From Octopus sinensis (Eukaryota), in assembly GCF_006345805.1 (NCBI RefSeq), contig NC_043000.1, positions 146,382,001 through 146,446,000 of the forward strand: a stretch of DNA of 64,000 bases. The letters run 5' to 3'. Under the pieces are notes generated by a model that was given only the letters and a program-made list of their open reading frames with translations, was not told the origin of the DNA and did no database searches. The first letter of the stretch is position 1. Every line of letters starts with the position of its first letter. The position numbers and the translations under genes were made by a program. Positions 23,665 through 37,742 of the stretch are shown piece by piece.

Positions 23665-23852
23665 TCTCGGTGAGACCTTAAAAAAAAAAAAAGAATTTTC
23701 AGCGGTGGTGCCCCAGCATGGCCGCGGCCTACGGGCTAAAACATTTTAAAGGATTTTAAGGATTTTAATTGTACATAATGTAAATAATGTAAGTCTTTTA
23801 AAGTTTTTCCCCAATTCAGCTGCCAAGTTATTCTTAATGATGGGGCAGCTCA

Positions 23853-24283
23853 TTTACTGTTTTACTTGTTTCAGCCATTTCACTGCAGCCATGCTGGAGC
23901 ACCACCTCTTAGTCGAAGGAATCCACCCCATGACTTATTCTTTGTAAGCTAGGTACTTATTCTACCGGTCTCTTTTGCCAACCGCTAAGTTACGGGGATA
24001 TAAAGACACCGACATCTGTTGTCAAGCGACGGTGGTGGGAGGACAAACTGAGACACAAAAACACACAGATAAATTTATACATACATGTATCAATCTCTCT
24101 CTATATATATACATATGTATACTACGGAATTCTTTCAGTTTCCGTGTATCAAATCCACTCACGAGGGTCTGGTCTGTCCGAGGCTTCAGCAAGAGTCACT
24201 TTCCCAAGTCGACATGCAGTGTTACTGAATCTGGATCCATGTGGTTGGGAAGCAACTGTTTACCACACACCAACTCCTGCGCC
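23853..24283 (-). mobile_element. SINE family A (diverged)
   Basis: Reverse complement of the family A head, body and tail. Confidence 0.85.
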
Positions 24284-24601
24284 TATTTATTTTTATAAAT
24301 CTTCGTCGCCATTATTGCAACGGAGTTACTCGTCGTGAATTACTGTAGTATCGCCGCTATCTATGAAGATATACTTTACACTGTAACTTTATATTAACAA
24401 TAATATATATAAGGAAATATAGTAAAAGCAACGTAACAATCCAACAAACTGTCCACGAAGTATATACAAACCAACAAATGATATTCCGACAAACTACCAA
24501 AATGACACCTTACGACTTCTTGTGATTAAAGTCTACTCTCTCTATTAATAGTCGTTTGGTCAAGTTTATTCTCGCAGGGAATGTCGTGACTCTCACCCCA
24601 A

Positions 24602-24602
24602 C

Positions 24603-24665
<63 letters not shown>

Positions 24666-24666
24666 C

Positions 24667-24721
<55 letters not shown>

Positions 24722-24794
24722 CACAGACACAAACACACACACACATGCAAACACACATACATACATACAGACACACATACATACATAACATACA

Positions 24795-24825
<31 letters not shown>
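24602..24825. repeat. Compound (AGAT)n/(AC)n/(ATAC)n microsatellite
   Basis: Direct reading. Confidence 0.95.
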
Positions 24826-24826
<1 letters not shown>

Positions 24827-26004
24827 ACATTGAAAAGTACAAACTAAAAAGATCCCAAATCGCCTTCGGAAGTTCTTACTATCTATAGCCTAGGTTAAAT
24901 CTTACGTTGTAAGTTAGATCAGGTAGATAAAATCTATGAGGAAATCTGTTGGTTAGATTGTATCATTAATTCAACAGAAATAGCTAACTCACATGTTGTT
25001 CCGCGTTGATTCAACCAGGGAACACGTAACCGTAGATTGCGCTGTCACTTTTACGCTTCTTCAGAAACAGGTAAATCCCTTTGTCAAACATCTGAATACT
25101 CATCGTGGAACGACGTAGATCCACCTCTTTGTGCATGTGTATGTGTGTTTATCTGTCTGCCTCTCTGTCTGTCAGTGCGCGCGCATATATCAGTGTACAT
25201 TAGTACGTATGTTTTTGGGCGTGTGTGCATGTTATAAATGATTTGCTAACGTTATATTTTTATCCATAAACAACGTAAAGCATTTTATTTTCCTAGGTTT
25301 ATTTCTCACTTTTTGTTCAGTAGGTTGAGTAATATCTGGAATCCTGCATTTTATTAGCATCTTATTCTCGTTATACTATTCTGAGATAATGTAATGTGTT
25401 TCTTAATACAATAGTTTCAAACAGTCGCTGCTAAATAAAACTTCCCATTCAGAACTGTTCCTCACATCCCGCTTTATCCACGCACTCGAGCTTTTCCATT
25501 CACCTGCCATTATTGTTTTTTATTCGTTATACAATGCGATTCTCTACATTGTCTATCAGACGTCAAGATACAGCACACTATTCAAACATTAAAAATGCAT
25601 AAGATAATGTAATCTGCATTGGTTTGCTCGATCGGTGGTAACTTGAAATTAATAAAACAACACAACACTTTATATTCTTTAAATTTTTATGACTTATTTT
25701 CACAGGTCTGATCAGATGAAAGGAAGTGTTGCGAAGGACAATAAAGTTAGTTTAGACATGAGAGGCATTGCGCCAACGGTAAATCACAAAGTTGAACTGT
25801 CTACACTATGAGATTATTTACCAGACTGCGTTTACAAACAAAACTCGATCAATAAGGTGTTTGATCGACATCTATTTCAACTAGAAGCTGACTTGAAGTG
25901 TCCCCAACTTTGTGAGTCGGGAAATAAAAGCACCCCTGGGAAAGAAACAAGTATCACATTTATTCATAATGGCAAACACAACTTGTGTGTCCAATTTAAG
26001 GATA

Positions 26005-27390
26005 TTATACTAAACTAGAAACATGATTTAGTTTCTCTGAGGGTCATGATAACGGAGCTAAGAGCAACTACGAATAGCAAGGGCGAGAGTGTATCACCTT
26101 GGAACATTCCACTTCTTATGCGGAACTCACTTAACATATCTTGACCTGATGTCAGTGTAGTGTTTTGTTTTGTCATATTGGTTTGTAAGAATCGAACAAC
26201 ATTCTCTATCTCAAATATATTGAAACATTCTTGGATCCACGAGTGTGTCACGCTATCATATACACTTTTTAACCAGAATCGTTGCACCTAATCTGGTCCA
26301 GCAGAATTCCGGTTTCACATCACTTTGTAGGCATTTTAAAACTTTTCTTCTGTGGTCTCCATGATTTTTGTTTTCGCATATCTGCGTTATTTACCTTTAA
26401 CCATTTTATCAATTCTGCATCGCCATTGTTTTCACTACTTTCACACAAAAATCTCTCCAGATTTCTTTTGTCTTTCGTTGTTAAATAGTTTGTCCACAGC
26501 AACATCTCACTTTAGTTCCATCAAAAATCTATTGTGATTTGTTTTGATCAATTTATTTAGGCTAAATTGCTCAATTATATTGTTGCATCTCCTTATTTTG
26601 GCAATTATCAACTTTACCCATTCTTTTGTTTCTTTCGTCAATGTCCTATATTGTTTTTCTTTCAGCCAGTACTTTTTTGAAACTCTTCATAGAGTATAGT
26701 TTTATCTTATCTCCTTTGCTACGAAATGTTTTCCCTCGGAAAGCCTTGTCGCAACACGTCTCCCTATTTCTCAATCACCTTTTCCACCAGGGTTCTCTTG
26801 AAGTCTTCTGGTGTTGTGATATATTCACTCCATATCTTTCCGTTACTACCACCGCTACAGCATACATTAAGATGTTGGTCATATTGATATCATAACTCCC
26901 GATGCCAAGACTTGGTTAACTATCTGTGCCTCTTCCATTATTGTATTCTTCATTTGACTGGATAACACGTACTCTACTAGCAATGACCATCTCTTCATCA
27001 GAAAAGATATGTTCTGGTTTTTCTCCTGGATAGTTAGCTATCTCTTGATATGTGGTATCTGAACTTTCAAGCCTCTGCTTTCAGTATTACTGGCATCTTC
27101 TATGTGTTCTACTTTGCTATAACATGTTAGGTAGATCTTGCGCTTGATTTCTTCGGTTTCTTTATCTGTAACCCGTTCTTTCTTTCATATTTGGCTTATT
27201 TTGCCACTTAATCTCGTCTGGGTTACATCAAACATTCCATTTTTGAAGTCATACCGTTTCCATTATCTCAGTTTAGCCAAAACTACTAGGTTCACTTCAA
27301 ATGTAACATTACATTACAGAACTGCTTTCAGTGTGCTCCAATCCATCTTTTCCCCTATATATCGTACCAGAATAATTATATATCAACCGG
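26005..27390 (-). pseudogene. Degraded R4/Dong LINE fragment (N-terminal region + RT)
   Basis: YDSVTHSWIQEC...RIRSGMFQGDTLSPLLFVVALS (ORF 26015-26287). Confidence 0.8.
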
Positions 27391-27499
27391 GCTGATGATC
27401 GAATGGCCCTCAGCGTTATCAATTCCGACCTCATTCACGTCATTCTTCAATACATTTGTATTTGACATGTTCACCCATAGTAAGCGTTCTATTTATCAG

Positions 27500-27645
27500 G
27501 TGACACAACGACCGGTGTTTTATTGCATTCAAATTCTACCTTTCGAGGATCGATAAAATAAGTATCAATTGAGCACTGGAGTCGATGCAATCGACTTGGT
27601 CTCTCGTCCAAAATTTCAGATTTTGTGCGCATAGAAAGAACATTG
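27500..27645 (+). mobile_element. SINE family B fragment
   Basis: GATCGATAAAATAAGTATCAATTGAGCACTGGAGTCGATGCAATCGACT. Confidence 0.55.
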
Positions 27646-27879
27646 CTTGGAACTGTAAGAGTCTTCCGCAGTTCTTGATCAGTAAACAAGCTTTACCTTA
27701 GTCTATTGGAACGAGACAGGTTTCACTTTCCATCAAACCCGCTTTTCCATCACACCCTGAGACTTTTTTTATAATAATAACAATAATCCTAATAATAATG
27801 TTTTCAAATTTTGTCGCATTGCCAGCAATTTCAAGGGTAGGGAATCAATTACACCGACTCCCGTACTCAACTGGTACTT

Positions 27880-29110
27880 GCAGTTTTCATTTCTGGTGCT
27901 CACACTACCAAGCGCTCTCTCAATAACAAGGACCACCTGAACCTTTTCCATTGCCCATAAATGTTTTATTTCCAATGCTAGTCCCATTCAGTTTTATTCG
28001 ATTCTTTGTCACTAATTGTCAGCTGGACAAGCCATATCTAAAAACCAAAGTCTGTTTGTTGTCCATATTACCCGGTTTTTGATGTTCAATTTTATGCTCA
28101 CATTGTGCCATAAAATCCCATAAAATCTTTGCATGTTCATTTTCTACAACGTCTGCTTTGTGTTCATGCCAGTCACTTGCTCTTTCAAAACCGTATTTTC
28201 TGCATGATTTTCTCTATGTTATCGTGACGTCAGTACACCTCACATTTTCTCTGTACACCTCACATTTTTCTGCTGCATCTGAGTTGTCAATCTTGTGCTT
28301 AAGATAATTTGTTTTCAAGGCTTGCTCTTGTGCTGCACGAATTAAAGCTTCTATTTTGGGTTTAAGGTCACTTTTCCGCATTCATAGTCACCTTTTCTCC
28401 AAATAGGTTTCGGTTTTCGTGTCTCTGTAAAATTGCCTGTACATCTTTTTTTCTGTCCATCTTCTTTCGGTTTCGATTTTATTCTTGCATTCAGACTCTT
28501 CCTTGCATCTCCAATTTTCATCCAATTTGATTTTTTTAAACTTCCAACAGCAATGGTTCAGTAGCAGTCTTTGCATACAAAGCTACGCCGTTCTCTTCTG
28601 CTCCAACACAGCGTTTACAACTAATGACCTCTCTCCCTTTTTTTTTTTTTTTCTTTTGACATATAATCTATCAATATCACTTGGATGAAAGGTTGCGTTC
28701 ATTATGAGTAACTTCTTTGTTTTTCTATCCAGATATTCTAACACATCAACTATCCACCCAACCACTCTAGTTCCATATCTTAGCAGGGATATAGCGTAAG
28801 CATTAAATGCCTCATATCTATTCCTACCATTCAGCGTTGATTTCAGAATGAATCTAACTGTCTGTATTTGTCTATAAGCTTACTTTTCATTTCCTGCTCC
28901 ATTACGGCATTTGTTATCTATTTGCTTCCTGACCTTTCCTGAAGTTATTACTATTCCGCTCAGGAGTTTGATCTTGCCTCGCTTCGGAATGAACACACAC
29001 CAAATTCCATTCGGAAGTCCAGAATAAAACCAAGCACCGTATCCACATGTGAAATAATTTGGGATCTGCATTGTCCATATAATTTCAGATCATCCATCTC
29101 ATACTACATT
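27880..29110 (-). pseudogene. Degraded R4/Dong LINE fragment (RT to RLE)
   Basis: MDDLKLYG at about 29100-29072; LDRKTKKLLIMNATFHPSDIDRLYVKR (28583-28765); IEALIRAAQEQALK near 28350. Confidence 0.8.
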
Positions 29111-29779
29111 CTTCGCCCACATATTCTTGGGAGAGTCGTGGAGGTGAGTTTTCAAGCACGCCATTTATTGGGTCCTGTAAGAAGCAGATGTTTCCAATTG
29201 ATCCGGCTGTATCCACATGCGAGACCGATCGAGCTATTATCCAACCATCTTATTTGTGATCTACCAACTGAATCTATTGAGGGTTCGTTTTCCCCATAAA
29301 ACCTGTCCAGCGATTCTTTCCCGAAACATTCTTATCACATGCCCGTAGCATCAGAACTGTGAGTTTTCAATTCGGAGAAGTAGCGGCTTTACCTGTAGCG
29401 GCCTCTGATCTCCAAGTTACGCATCCAATCAATTAACGTTACTCCAAAGATCCTTTGGTGTATCCCCGTCTCAGTCGCTTTTACACGCGATTGTATTTTA
29501 AGAATCTATTAAGGCACACGCATACATATGCACACGCGCACATAAAGGTCTAATTCCAGACCTTTATATAATTTTTGTTTATGTAATTCCTTTGAAACAA
29601 TACATTAACGCGTGCTTGGGCTCATTGTTCTTGTGGGAGATATACGTTTTTCTTTTTCTGGTAGGTAATAGAAGATATGTCAATAATTATTGACCGATTA
29701 TTCCGGATCGTTGTATCAGTGTGTGCTGGCATATCTCATAGTATGGTGTCTTTATAATTCTTATATGTTGAAGGCCTTT

Positions 29780-30910
29780 ACTTTCTCCTTCTTTATCTTT
29801 CATAGTCTTGGTGTAGCATCCAATTTATGTATGGTGCAGCTGTATCAAACTTGCTAATGTGTCCATTCTTAATTATAACTAGGAATGCAGAGATAATATA
29901 CTTAATTGATCCTTCCTCAACTTCATATGTTCCGGAATTATTGTATTCTACTTCATTTCCTGAGATTTTGGTAGTATTTGGTAGGCAAGCTTTGATCATG
30001 TACCACGATCAAAAATCCTTTAGTCTCAGCTTTGACTACACTACTTCTTTACTAATGTTTTGGCTTTCCTTTGTCTACTTCCATTCTGTTCAGTTTTTTA
30101 CAGTTATTGATAGGAGGTTTTCTTGTCATCGCTTTATCGTAGTATTTTGCAACCCTATTTTAAACTTAGATTATAGATTTATTTTTATTTCTATTTGCAA
30201 ATTTTTGTCGTTTCTTCCTTTTCTTTATAACTTGTTTTCGTTTATGCCTCTGTTTGTTGGCTTCCTTGAAGAAAGACATTTTTCTTTTACTTTTTTTAGC
30301 TATTTGTATTAGGTTTCCATTATTCTTTACTAGATATTTGTGGAATCATACAAAGGACATAATAGTTTTGTAGATACAAAAGCATTCTATCTCTGTGTGT
30401 TTTGTAGTAAATATAATCTTTGTATATCAGATTTCAAGCAATGTATCCAAAATTTAGATAATAATATTCTTATTTCTCCAGTCTTGTCTTGCTAGTTAAT
30501 TTAGTGAGATATAACTGTAACTTATATAACCATAACTATAATGTATTGCCAGAACAGCTAGAGTATTGATGCATATTGCATTATTTGTCACATTTAGCTC
30601 TGTTTAAGTAATAATCTAATGCGGCTAAAATATTCCGTTTAGATGTGTGTTGTAAACGGCCTCATTCATTGATTTTCCAGTATTTGTATGTCTGTGTTTG
30701 GTCTAATTCTCTCACCCCTGGCTATCCTGATAGTAATTAATTTTACCTTCTTCAAATTTAGTCAGGCAAATATTTCTCGTCTAAATCTAATATCAATGTC
30801 CGTGGTAAACACATGTACTATCCGCAGAAGTGTTTCTAATTGCTTATTTACTCTGTTATCGGTGCAACCTATACTTGAGGTTGTCTATATACAAACGATT
30901 ATCAAGTGCC
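29780..30910 (-). pseudogene. Degraded R4/Dong LINE fragment
   Basis: Minus-strand KQLETLLRIVHVFTTDIDI, ELDQTQTYKY and KAETKGFLIVVHDQSLPTKYYQ parallel the 11.7-kb ORF. Confidence 0.7.
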
Positions 30911-31599
30911 CAACTGTTGCATTTATACCCGAGCATAAAGGCCTAACTTTTCGTTTAAATACACGAGTGTCAAACCAAAAAGGAGAGAAGAGAGAGAATC
31001 TCTTTGAGGTATTCTTATGCTAATGGGTTTTAAGTTAACCTCTAAAATTATATCTCTTGTTTATATCTGTAAGATTATTTTCGTATTACACATGACAATT
31101 TCCATGTATCTTACTACTGAAGCTGCCTAAATCATATCTACAGTGTCCCCAGACTACTGATAATCAATCCATGCAATCTTCAGCAATCTTCAGCCTTTGG
31201 TTATATTTTGTTTTGCTGTAATGAATCTTTACATCCATATCAACATTTGTCTTAACGTTATTAATCTTCTAAAACCAGGTTTGTATTAAATTTCTAAGAG
31301 GTAATTGACGGTAGGTTATTGTTGGTTGTAGGGATACAGACAACAGATTAGTAGATAACAGGGTTCACAATTCATGTTTGAAGAAGTAAAGATATGGCAC
31401 TTAGATTTGAAAGTTTGCTGTCATATGTTGGCACTAGACGAAACTGTGTGCTCTCAGAAATATTCATACTATAATCAGAACGAAGAGAAAATCATAAGCA
31501 AACTTATTTCAAATTCAAAATTATTATTATTAACAATATTATATCTTTTTATCACAGATTTTGTTGTGACTCCGGGAGATTTGCATGCGGAGCGGGCTT

Positions 31600-33320
31600 G
31601 CTAGCTGCAGCCTACGGTACCATGCCATCCCTTCTTTTCTGCTATCTAATATTTTGCTGATCATTCTGGCCGTGTCAAGAAGATAAAACTTTTGTAACAG
31701 TTCTAGTGGACACTCTATTCCAATTTCCTTTATATTCCCCTTGATGCTTTCTGATACTGTCCCCAAGAACCCAACAATATTTGGCGCTGTCTTCACCTTC
31801 TACATTTTCCATAGCCAGGCAATTTCGTACTTAAACGGGCGTATTTATTTCTATTTTCACCTTCCTTCTTGACTATATATCATATGTGATGCACATTGTC
31901 CATCACCACTAGATGCGGTCTGTTATGCTCAAGGACCTGATGTTTGGATTGCGAAATTGCAAAGGATTTTGCTAGTCTCCGACTCCACCACTCTCTCTGG
32001 TTTGTATTCATATCACGTCTTGCCTCTTTCTAACCCACAGTTCTCACAATTCCCAACGTAGCACTGTCGTTACCTGATCAAGTCGCCACAACTTGTAGTG
32101 GTTTGGAGAAAGTCTAGGGCATTTGTTCGTGATATGGGCAATGGTTTCATCCATTCTACTGCAAATGCGACATAGCGGAGACACTTGCTAATTCCTAAGG
32201 TTAACCTTCCAGTTCGTGGCCAAAGCTGGGTTTTATAACTATTTCCTCTATCCATCTGTTCAAATCTTTATGGGTAGTTCCTAATGTATCTATAACTACA
32301 GGGATACATTTTACCCTCACTTTCCATAGTCTCTGAAATTCAATAGCTTGGTCCTGGTATTTGCTATTTTTCTATACTTCTCACGTTAATGTTTCATTAT
32401 TTGGGACAGTAACGACAATTATTTAACAATATTATTTTTTAATTTATCTACTACTAACAAATCAGGCGTTTTAGCGTCTATCATTCTGTCAGTCTCAATG
32501 TTAAAATCCCACAATATCTTGTATTTCACACTTTCTAGTACTTTACTAGGTTCATGTTCATACCATTTATCTGTAAGTTTCCTAGCTTTCTACAAATCCC
32601 CCAGTGGATTGCTCTATCTAGATTGTCTTGTGTTTTCTTGCATTCTTTCTGTTCCAGCATGCTACATTCACTTACTATATGAGTAACGCTTTCCTGTTTT
32701 GATTTACATAATCTACATTGGAAATCTACTTGGTTTTTGTCTATTTTGGATTTTATCCAATAAGTCGTTAATGCTTGATCGTGTGCAGCTATTAACAAAC
32801 TTTCTGTTTTCCCCTTCAGCTTTCCCTAGTGCAGCCATAACCATATCTCACTACTACTGTTTGCTACAACTAACTTTGAGAATCTACCATGCAACACCTC
32901 CTGCCACACAGATAATTTTTGCTCGTTTTCTGGTTTTTAATTTAGTTTGGTGTTTTGGTTTCCCTATGAGTTGCTGTGTCTATAGCAGCTTGTAATAAAC
33001 TTTCTTAACTATTACCTACGTAGGAGTCTACATCTACTCTAGATAACGCCACGCAGTCTTCCACTAATATTAACCTTCTTCCACCTTCCTTTCTAGGAAG
33101 ATATAATCTTGCTAATCCTGCGCTTGGGTAGAGACCTCCATTCATATTGAATTCCTTCCTAGTTCTTCTGGCTAGTTTTGCTAATTCAATGTTTGTCCAG
33201 TCTAGAAAAGCTGTTGATTATCCAAGTAATGATTCTGCCTAAGTATTTACAGCCTTCACTAGATTCGGACTTCATTAGATTCCTCACACTTCTGATGTAC
33301 TCCGTCTCAGTTTTCGTTTT
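31600..33320 (-). pseudogene. Degraded R4/Dong LINE fragment (zinc knuckle + RLE end)
   Basis: LIAAHDQALTT...CRLCKSKQESVTHIVSEC (32535-32798); IVGFLGTV...LQKFYLLDTARMISKIL (31539-31796). Confidence 0.8.
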
Positions 33321-33330
33321 AATTTCTGTA

Positions 33331-33613
<283 letters not shown>

Positions 33614-33614
33614 A

Positions 33615-36020
33615 CCTTTGTACAGCTTCTAACGATGGAGATGTACTAGAGTGTCGGATGTTCACTACCAGTGAACTAAGATAAAACCTTTTATTTTTCG
33701 AGCACCTTCCGGAGTATTCGAGCGGTTCCAATCACTGCAGTTTTCTGCAAGTGTTCCACCCTTTTTGCAGCCCCTATTTGTTACACGTACTTCACAAGAT
33801 TTTGCTCACTGTTTATTGGTACTACTGCTACCTTTTTCATCGACCAAAACTGCTTAACTTCCCAAGCTAACCTGTCATATCTATCGACTTTTCTTTCTTC
33901 CTTATCGCATACTTTGTTCTTAGCTGGGCATGCTATATCTATGATGCAGCATAGTTTGCTTCATTTCTCAATTAACACTATGTCCGGCTTCCTATTCTCT
34001 ATCTCATGGTCGCACTGAATCATAAAATCCCATAGTATCTTTGCAATTCTATTTTCGACGATGCCTTCAGTTTTGCGGTCGTACCAATTTTTTTTCCTCT
34101 GTCAAGTTCATACTTGTTACAGAGTGTGCAATGGACAAGCCTGGCTATGTTTCCGTGGCATCTCTTATATTCCTTCTGGGCTATTGGCGTACATTGGCTG
34201 GTAATATGCCATACGGTTTCACCGTTTTGTCCACAGATTCTGCACTTATCACTTTCCGGTGTGTTGTCTATTCTGTATTTTGTGTAGTTTGTTCTTAGTG
34301 CTTGCCCATGGGCTGCGCTGAGTAGAGCCTTCGTTTTCGGTTTTAAATCACTTTTAGTCATCCGCAGCTATCTTTCTTCTCTGTTTGTCTTATCTTCAAC
34401 ATCCCTATGAAATTGACCGTGCATTCTTTTCTTTACCCACCTATTTTCAATTTAGTTCGTTTTAAATTTAATGTATAGTGCTTTATCTTTGCAAACTTTC
34501 ATCCTAAACAAACCTGGCCTTCCTACTTTTAATAATAGCTGTTCTCTGGCATTTTTCATATACCATGCTGTTGTTTTCTTCTGATCTAATGCTGTCTTCG
34601 CATTCAATAAGTCCTCTTCCCCTCTTTTTCTTGGTACATACAGTCTGCCTGTGTCACGTTTTGTGTGGAGTGACACATATCTTGTTAGCAACTTCCTTGA
34701 CTTTCTCTCTAAGCTGTTTAGTTCGTCTACTATCCTTGCGGTTAACCGAGCTCGATAGCTAAGGAGTAAAACCGCCCAGGTGTTGATAGCTTTGGTCTTA
34801 TTTTGTCCATTTAATTTCGACTTTAGGATCAGTCTCAGTCTGCGCAAGTACTCAACCTTAAATTTTTCTGTCATTTTTTTCTCCATCACTTTATCCATTT
34901 CCAACATCCCCAAGTACTTCTAGTCCGTCTACTCTATCTGCTTCATAACCGTCCCCGACGGTATCGTTAGCCCGTCCTTATATTTTATTATGCCTCTCTT
35001 CAAGACTAACACACCACACTTTTTCAGTTAGAACTCCATTCTGATATCATTATTGAAGGTATACACTGTATCAACGAGGGAACTGATTTGTGCTTCATCT
35101 TTACCATAAAGTTTGAGATCATCTATGAATAACAAATGGTTGACTTTTCGCTGGCGGCTTTTGAAAACATACCCAGCTTTTGGTTTCCTCAGAATCAGTG
35201 GTATCAAGCACAGATCAGTGGGGACAGGCGGTCCTCTTGGAAGACGCCCCTCCTAATTTCTACTGTCCCTAAACGTCTTCCATATGCTGTCAGGTCCCCC
35301 AATTCGTCATCTTTTTTCCAAGCAATCACTCAAAATTCGATGCAATACCGAACAGGTTCATACACTCCGTTATCCAAGAATGTGGCATCGTATCGTACGC
35401 CTTACTATAGTCGATCTATGACATGGCTAAGTTACTTTTCCTCCCCTTGCAGTAACTAAGAACAGTTTTGTCTATCAGGTGTTGATCCTTGGTACATCTG
35501 CACCTACGCTTGCAACCCTTCTGCTCATGGGACAGGATTCAATTTTTCCAGATGCTCGTGCATTAACTCTGCGAGTATTCCAGTCAAGAACTTCCACATT
35601 TGTGACAAACAGGATATCGGCGTGTAATTGTCTAACTTATTGCCTGCCTTTTCCGATGTTTTTCAAGCACAGTACTGTGCTACCCAATACCATGGTATTA
35701 TCACTTAGTGAGTTGTGCAGCTATTCGTCCATGTTATTCACCAAATCTTTTGATCCAGTAGCCTTGATCTCCATCTGGTCCCGAGACCTAACAGTTGCCT
35801 TTTTTTGCTGGTTTCCTTCACTTCCTTTACTGTAATGACTAGTTCTGCCTGTTTTGGACAGACTACTGTTTGTTTCAGTTCTTGCAACCATTCAGCATCC
35901 TTCTTGTGCTCCTTGTCTTTGCTCCAGATGTCACTCCAAAACTTTTGATTTTCAATGTTATCTAGTAACAACTTTTCATCTGTACACGTTTCATTTATTT
36001 CTTTATAGAATCTCTTCTGC
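33615..36020 (-). pseudogene. Degraded 5'-truncated R4/Dong LINE (RT-ZnF-RLE-3'UTR)
   Basis: HLLFIDDLKLYG (about 35135-35100); YLRRLRLILKSKLNGQNKTKAINTWAV; CRICGQNGETVWHITSQC; LQKTAVIGTARILRKVLEK*. Confidence 0.88.
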
Positions 36021-36024
36021 TCTT

Positions 36025-36645
36025 ACAGTTCTATATTTAAGAGATGGCAGAAGGCGAGCTGGCAGAAGGCGAGCTGGCAGAAGGCGAGCTGGCAGAAACG
36101 TTAGCATGCCGGGCGAAATGCTTAGCGGTATTTCGTCTGCGTTACGTTGTGAGTTCAAATTCCGCCGAGGTCGACTTTGCCTTTCATCCTTTCGGGGTCG
36201 ATAAATTAAGTACCAGTTACGCACTGGGGTCGATGTAATCGACTTAATACCTATGTCTGTCCTTGTTTGTTCCCTCTGTGTTTAGCTCCTTGTGGGTAAT
36301 AAAGAAATAGGTATTTCGTCTGTCGTTACGTTCTGAGTTCAAATTCCGCCGAGGTCGACGTTGCCTTTCATCCTTTCGGAGTCGATAAATAAAGTACCAG
36401 TTTCGCACTGGGGTCCATGTAATCGGCTTAATCCCTTTGTCTGTCCTTGTTTGTCCCCTCAATGTTTAGCCCCTTGTGGGTAGTAAAGAAATATATATTT
36501 AACAGATGAGAAATTATGTACACTATTTACATTATTTACTTTTGACGGATATTTGTCCTCATCTTTGTTGTTAACACAACTTTTCGGCTGATATACCCTC
36601 CAGCATTCATCAGGTGTCTTGGAGAAAATTTCGAATCTGGGTTGT
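36025..36645 (-). mobile_element. Hammerhead-bearing SINE-like element, copy 3 (headless), interrupted by SINE B
   Basis: GACAC-CUGAUGA-A-UGCUG(GAGGGUAUAU)CAGCC-GAAAAGUU^GUGUU at 36573-36618. Body homologous to 23182-23320. Confidence 0.8.
36046..36492 (+). mobile_element. SINE family B dimer with triplicated 15-bp 5' end
   Basis: GGCAGAAGGCGAGCT at 36046, 36061 and 36076. The second unit restarts at GGTATTTCGTC (36310). Confidence 0.9.
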
Positions 36646-36654
36646 AACACAAAA

Positions 36655-37150
36655 ATGTCCTTCGAGAGCATATCTAATTCTGCCTGTATGCTTCTTTTCT
36701 TCTGTCATTCCCATTATATTTCTTTTCTTGACATCAACAACCACATTTTCTGCTATAACAATACTTGTTGCTCTGATCAAATTATTTGTTTCTGTGAGGT
36801 TTTTTGTTGTGATATATTTCAGAATTTTATTGACATTTTTCGTTTCTTGGTTCAATTTCCACCGATCAACCCTTTTAAGTTTCCAAATAATGTCGCTCCT
36901 GTTCTCCTGTAGGCTTGCCTTTATTCTATCGTAGAATGCCTATTGCTCATCTGTCATACGACCATTAGTTTTATTGTCTTCTTCCAGATATGTCTCTCAT
37001 CGAGCAAGCTATCACTGTTCTTTTCCTGAGGATTATTAAAAATGTCACCGCTGTTTGTACTATGAGATTACATTTGTCAGTAAGAACTGTATTTTTCTCG
37101 TTTCCTCTGCTGCTGTTATCCAATACCCGTCCTTTGATAGCGTCGAGCTC
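36655..37150 (-). pseudogene. R4/Dong N-terminal ORF fragment
   Basis: NKILKYITTKNLTETNNLIRATSIVIAE (36610-36855) resembles Dong N-terminal regions. (ATT)n at 37153-37200. Confidence 0.6.
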
Positions 37151-37154
37151 TATA

Positions 37155-37201
<47 letters not shown>

Positions 37202-37202
37202 T

Positions 37203-37742
37203 GAGTGAGTGAGAGAGCAATGCATGCCGTCAAAGTGATACTGGAATGCAACATACGAAGCCTACGCGACATGGTGTCTCATACCAGTACGAGCTTTTAG
37301 GAGGAGTATGGACAACTCTTGCATCATACTGAAATAAGACGATGGTAAGTTATCAAGCCAATTTCTTAATGATAACAAATCTGTTTAGGAAATCTGTTTA
37401 GGAGGAGCCAGTTAGAATTTCCTTCACGTCGAGTAGCCCATACTGCTCAAAAGAACCCTGAATAAGATTTGTTTAAGGATGATGAACGAAACACACATGT
37501 TTCCTGAGTTGACTTATTCAAACTCTCAAGCATTCCACCGAGAACATGGTTACGATGCACCCTCACCACTCCTACTCATGATCAGAGATGCACATATCGT
37601 CAGCCTCTAAGGAGAATACTCAACTAGTGAAGGTAAAGCAACTGACAAGCAAATTAGTGGTACTGAGCAGAATATTTGCTACCTCCCATCTTTTATGCTA
37701 ATTCAAAATATGTATATATCACTTTCAGTCAGTGAAGATCAG
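37203..37742 (-). mobile_element. Diverged copy of the ~560-bp (AAT)n-flanked element
   Basis: Homologous to 10251-10760. Adjacent to (ATT)n at 37153-37200. Confidence 0.85.
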
